Source of the DNA: an uncultured bacterium
GTDB lineage: Bacteria; Desulfobacterota_D; UBA1144; Nemesobacterales; UBA2774
Direction: 5' to 3'
DNA: 64,000 nucleotides
NCBI GenBank assembly: GCA_963825135.1
Contig: CAWGRW010000009.1
Span: 1,344,001-1,408,000, forward strand
Of the stretch, positions 61,186 to 64,000 are shown piece by piece. The position numbers and the translations under genes were made by a program. A model generated the notes under the pieces. That model was not told the DNA's origin and made no database searches. It saw nothing but the letters and a program-made list of their open reading frames with translations. The stretch's first letter is position 1. Every line of letters starts with the position of its first letter.

Positions 61186-62904
61186 ATGAATAAAAAAAAG
61201 ACCATTTTCACCCTTCTTCTAAAATATAAATATTCTTTTTTAGCGGGTCTGCTCGCGCTCTCTCTCGTGGATATCTGCCAGCTCTCGATCCCCCTCGTAA
61301 TTGAAAGGGTCGTCAACGCTCTGACCATTGAAGGCGCGCGTATCGGCGATATTTCCAAATACGGCCTGATAATGCTCCTCATAGCCGTCGCCATGTCCGT
61401 ATTCCGGTTTTTTTGGAGATACTTTATAATGGGCGCCGCGCGGAAGATCGAGCAGTCGCTCCGTAACGAGTTCTTTTCGCACCTCCAGAGCCTGCACTTC
61501 GATTTCTTCTCGCAGAGGAAGGTCGGGGATCTTATGGCCCATACCGTCAACGATATCGAGACCCTGAAGTTCGCCTGCGGACTGGGGGTGCTTATAGCTT
61601 ACGACGGAGTGTTCCTCCTGATATTTATCTTCGGCGCGATGCTGTACATATCCCCCCGGCTCACCTTATACGCGTTTATCCCATTTCCGATACTTTGTTT
61701 CATAATCCTCAAATTCGGCAGGATGATTGAGCAAAGGTTCCAGAAGGTCCAGGATTCGTTCTCGGAGCTGACTGAAAGCGCAAGGGCGTCGATCTCGGGC
61801 GTTAAGGTGGTAAAGGCGTTCGTTAGGGAGCGGGAGGAGGTATCGGGTTTCGAGGCGTCGAGCGCCGCCTATCTCGATAAGAACCTGCGCCTGGTTAAGA
61901 TATGGGGCGTATACCAGCCGGTCATAACGTACCTCACCGCCATTGCGACAGTGATTTTTCTCTGGCTCGGAGGGGTGGATACCATAACCCTGAATATCAC
62001 TCTCGGAGATTTCGCGGCGGCGCTTCTCTACCTGACTATGCTCGCATGGCCTATGATGGCTATGGGCTGGGCAGTCGATATAATCAAGAGGGGCAACGCC
62101 TCGCTTAACAGGATTAACGATATCCTGCTCGTTGAGCCGCAGTCCCCGGTTGAGTCGGGCACCGTCGAGCTCAATGTCGAGGGCAATATCGAGCTCAGGG
62201 ACCTGAGCTTTTCCTATAACGGCAAAAGAGCCCTCAAAAATGTGACGCTCAGGATACCGGCAGGCAAAGCCGTCGGGTTCACGGGTGCGACGGGATCTGG
62301 CAAAAGCACACTCTTCCAGCTCCTGACGAGAGTCGAGGAACCCCCTGAAAATACCATGTTCGTCGACGGCGTGGATGTGAGGAAGATTAAACGGGACAGT
62401 CTGAGGGAGGGGATAGTCTACGTCCCCCAGGAGACGACCGTTTTCAGCGGTACTGTGAAAGACAACATTTCATTCATGAATCCGGATTTGACGGATTCCG
62501 ATATCGAGCACGCCGCCCGCGTCGCGGAGATATATGACGAGATACAGGATTTCCCCGGGGGCTTTGACGCGAGAGTGGGTGAAAGGGGCCTCAGTCTTTC
62601 GGGTGGGCAGAGGCAGAGGATCGCGCTCGCGAGGGCTATACTGCTCAAGCCGAGCGTCCTGATACTCGACGACGTATTTTCCTCGCTTGACCTCAGGACC
62701 GAGAGCATCGTGCTCAGGAATCTGAGGCAGGAAATGAAGGGAAAGACTCTGCTCGCGATATCGAGCAGGGTGCCGTCGATAAGCGGTTTCGATTCCATCG
62801 CCGTATTCGACAAGGGCAGGCTCGTCGAGTACGGGACCCATGCCGAGCTGATATCCGAAAACGGCATATACGCCGGTCTGTATAAAATTCAGACTTTTGA
62901 ATAG
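61186..62904 (+). CDS. ABC half-exporter (MdlA-like, TMD plus NBD)
   Basis: Six TM segments, GDLMA, GATGSGKS, VPQ, LSGGQRQR, ILDD..S.LD. Confidence 0.9.
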   Translation: MNKKKTIFTLLLKYKYSFLAGLLALSLVDICQLSIPLVIERVVNALTIEGARIGDISKYGLIMLLIAVAMSVFRFFWRYFIMGAARKIEQSLRNEFFSHLQSLHFDFFSQRKVGDLMAHTVNDIETLKFACGLGVLIAYDGVFLLIFIFGAMLYISPRLTLYAFIPFPILCFIILKFGRMIEQRFQKVQDSFSELTESARASISGVKVVKAFVREREEVSGFEASSAAYLDKNLRLVKIWGVYQPVITYLTAIATVIFLWLGGVDTITLNITLGDFAAALLYLTMLAWPMMAMGWAVDIIKRGNASLNRINDILLVEPQSPVESGTVELNVEGNIELRDLSFSYNGKRALKNVTLRIPAGKAVGFTGATGSGKSTLFQLLTRVEEPPENTMFVDGVDVRKIKRDSLREGIVYVPQETTVFSGTVKDNISFMNPDLTDSDIEHAARVAEIYDEIQDFPGGFDARVGERGLSLSGGQRQRIALARAILLKPSVLILDDVFSSLDLRTESIVLRNLRQEMKGKTLLAISSRVPSISGFDSIAVFDKGRLVEYGTHAELISENGIYAGLYKIQTFE

Positions 62905-62916
62905 ATGTACAGGCGC

Positions 62917-63660
62917 TCAGACGCCGAGCTTGTCCGCGAGGTCGAGAAAATCGCGGGCGATGATGTCAAAGGGCATCTCCTCCTTAACTTCCGTTCTGTC
63001 CGAAGGGCCGAATTCGAACGGTCTTGAGACAAAGGCCGTCTTAAAGCCGAGCGCCCGCGCCGCCAGTAGATCGTCTGTGTGCGCCGCCGCCATCATGACA
63101 TTCCCGGGCTTGAGACCGAGCAGCCCGGCGGCTGTCAAATAAACCTCCTTATCGGGCTTGTAGTGCCCCGAAAGCTCCGAGGATAGAACGCAGTCCCAGT
63201 TTATCCCCGCGTGCTTCGCCATATCGACCAGGAGCGAGACGTTGCCGTTTGAGAGTGTGGCGGCGATGTATCCTTTGCGGATTCGTTCTATGCCCTCCAC
63301 GGAATCGGGCCAGGGGTCGAGCCTGTGCCATGCCCTGTTGAGGTTATCCTTCTCGCTCTCTGAGAGCCCTTCGATACCGTACTCCCCCAGCAGCCTGTCG
63401 AGCACCATCCTGTGAAGAGAATCTATGCTCATCCACGGGAGCTCGCCCGTGCGGACCATGTTCATGGCCGGGGCGTACCCTCCGCGCCACGAATCCGCGA
63501 ACCGGGACCAGTCGGCTTCGATGCCTTTTGATTTCCCTAACAGACTGCATTCCCGGATGATCGAAGACCTCCAGTCGACGACCGTGCCGAAGACGTCGAA
63601 AGTAAGCGCCCTGACCTCTGATATGTCCCGAACTGGACTCATGCCGGCAGCTTTTTTCAT
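62917..63660 (-). CDS. Type II (L-2-)haloacid dehalogenase, HAD superfamily
   Basis: FDVFGTVVDW, WR, PWPD, LSNGN, YKP..EVY, AAH..DL. Confidence 0.85.
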   Translation of the reverse strand: MKKAAGMSPVRDISEVRALTFDVFGTVVDWRSSIIRECSLLGKSKGIEADWSRFADSWRGGYAPAMNMVRTGELPWMSIDSLHRMVLDRLLGEYGIEGLSESEKDNLNRAWHRLDPWPDSVEGIERIRKGYIAATLSNGNVSLLVDMAKHAGINWDCVLSSELSGHYKPDKEVYLTAAGLLGLKPGNVMMAAAHTDDLLAARALGFKTAFVSRPFEFGPSDRTEVKEEMPFDIIARDFLDLADKLGV

Positions 63661-63667
63661 GTGCGTA

Positions 63668-64000
63668 TTATACGGGGCCCGCCTTTTTTTCGACCCTGGC
63701 TATGAACCTTCCGGCGTCTACTATGAACCTCTGGTGGGTCCCTTCCGATATCTGGTCGACTCCGTCGTGGGCGACGATGGAAAACGTGAGCTTTTTGCCG
63801 TCGATTTCTACGAGCTCCCCCTTCACGTTCACGGTGAGGCCGGGCGGCGTGGCTGCTGTATGATTAAGCCTTACGTCTATGCCGACCGACTGCTCCCTCG
63901 GCCAGTCGATATGGTTGTTTACGAACCTGACGCACGCCCATTCGATGAGGCCTATCATGAACCCCGTGGAGAACACCTTGGGCATCAACTGGAACTCCTC
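63668..64000 (-). CDS. Fluoroacetyl-CoA thioesterase FlK-type hotdog thioesterase (5' end outside the window)
   Basis: EF..MPKVFSTGFMIGLIEWAC, SVG, H.AATPPG, G.H.R; frame is open to the window end. Confidence 0.8.
   Translation of the reverse strand, partial: EEFQLMPKVFSTGFMIGLIEWACVRFVNNHIDWPREQSVGIDVRLNHTAATPPGLTVNVKGELVEIDGKKLTFSIVAHDGVDQISEGTHQRFIVDAGRFIARVEKKAGPV

Noticed and set aside
1..64000. CRISPR arrays, rRNA, IS elements, prophage or defence systems
   Set aside because: No spaced direct-repeat arrays, rRNA-like tracts, or transposase/integrase/phage proteins were recognised

Overview
Bacterial chromosomal segment, GC-rich in genes and AT-rich between them, and mostly core housekeeping. 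Gene order and sequences resemble Deltaproteobacteria-like/Desulfobacterota lineages (possibly Ca. Dadabacteria; this is inference only). It contains a glycine cleavage operon (gcvTHP), TPR-aroQ-recJ, murJ, a full dcw cluster (mraZ to ftsZ, with MraZ boxes but no ddl), ftsY-ribD-nadD-rsfS, dnaE, selO, pcrA, tRNA-Gln(TTG) and tRNA-Val(GAC)-thrS-infC-rpmI-rplT, with accessory genes at both ends. I saw no CRISPR array, rRNA, transposase or integrase. Most notable: (1) an FlK-type fluoroacetyl-CoA thioesterase 7 nt upstream of a type II haloacid dehalogenase, a candidate halo/fluoroacetate detoxification pair; (2) a secreted 24-Cys protein made of six C-x3-C-x6-C-x3-C motifs in three 65-aa units; (3) rsfS and infC both appear to start at a non-canonical ATA overlapping the upstream stop codon; (4) a cytochrome P460-like lipoprotein lacking CxxCH; (5) a PilG-like pseudo-receiver. 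Glycerate kinase and cysteine desulfurase carry single-base insertions that may be assembly errors. All family assignments come from reading motifs by eye; no database search was run.
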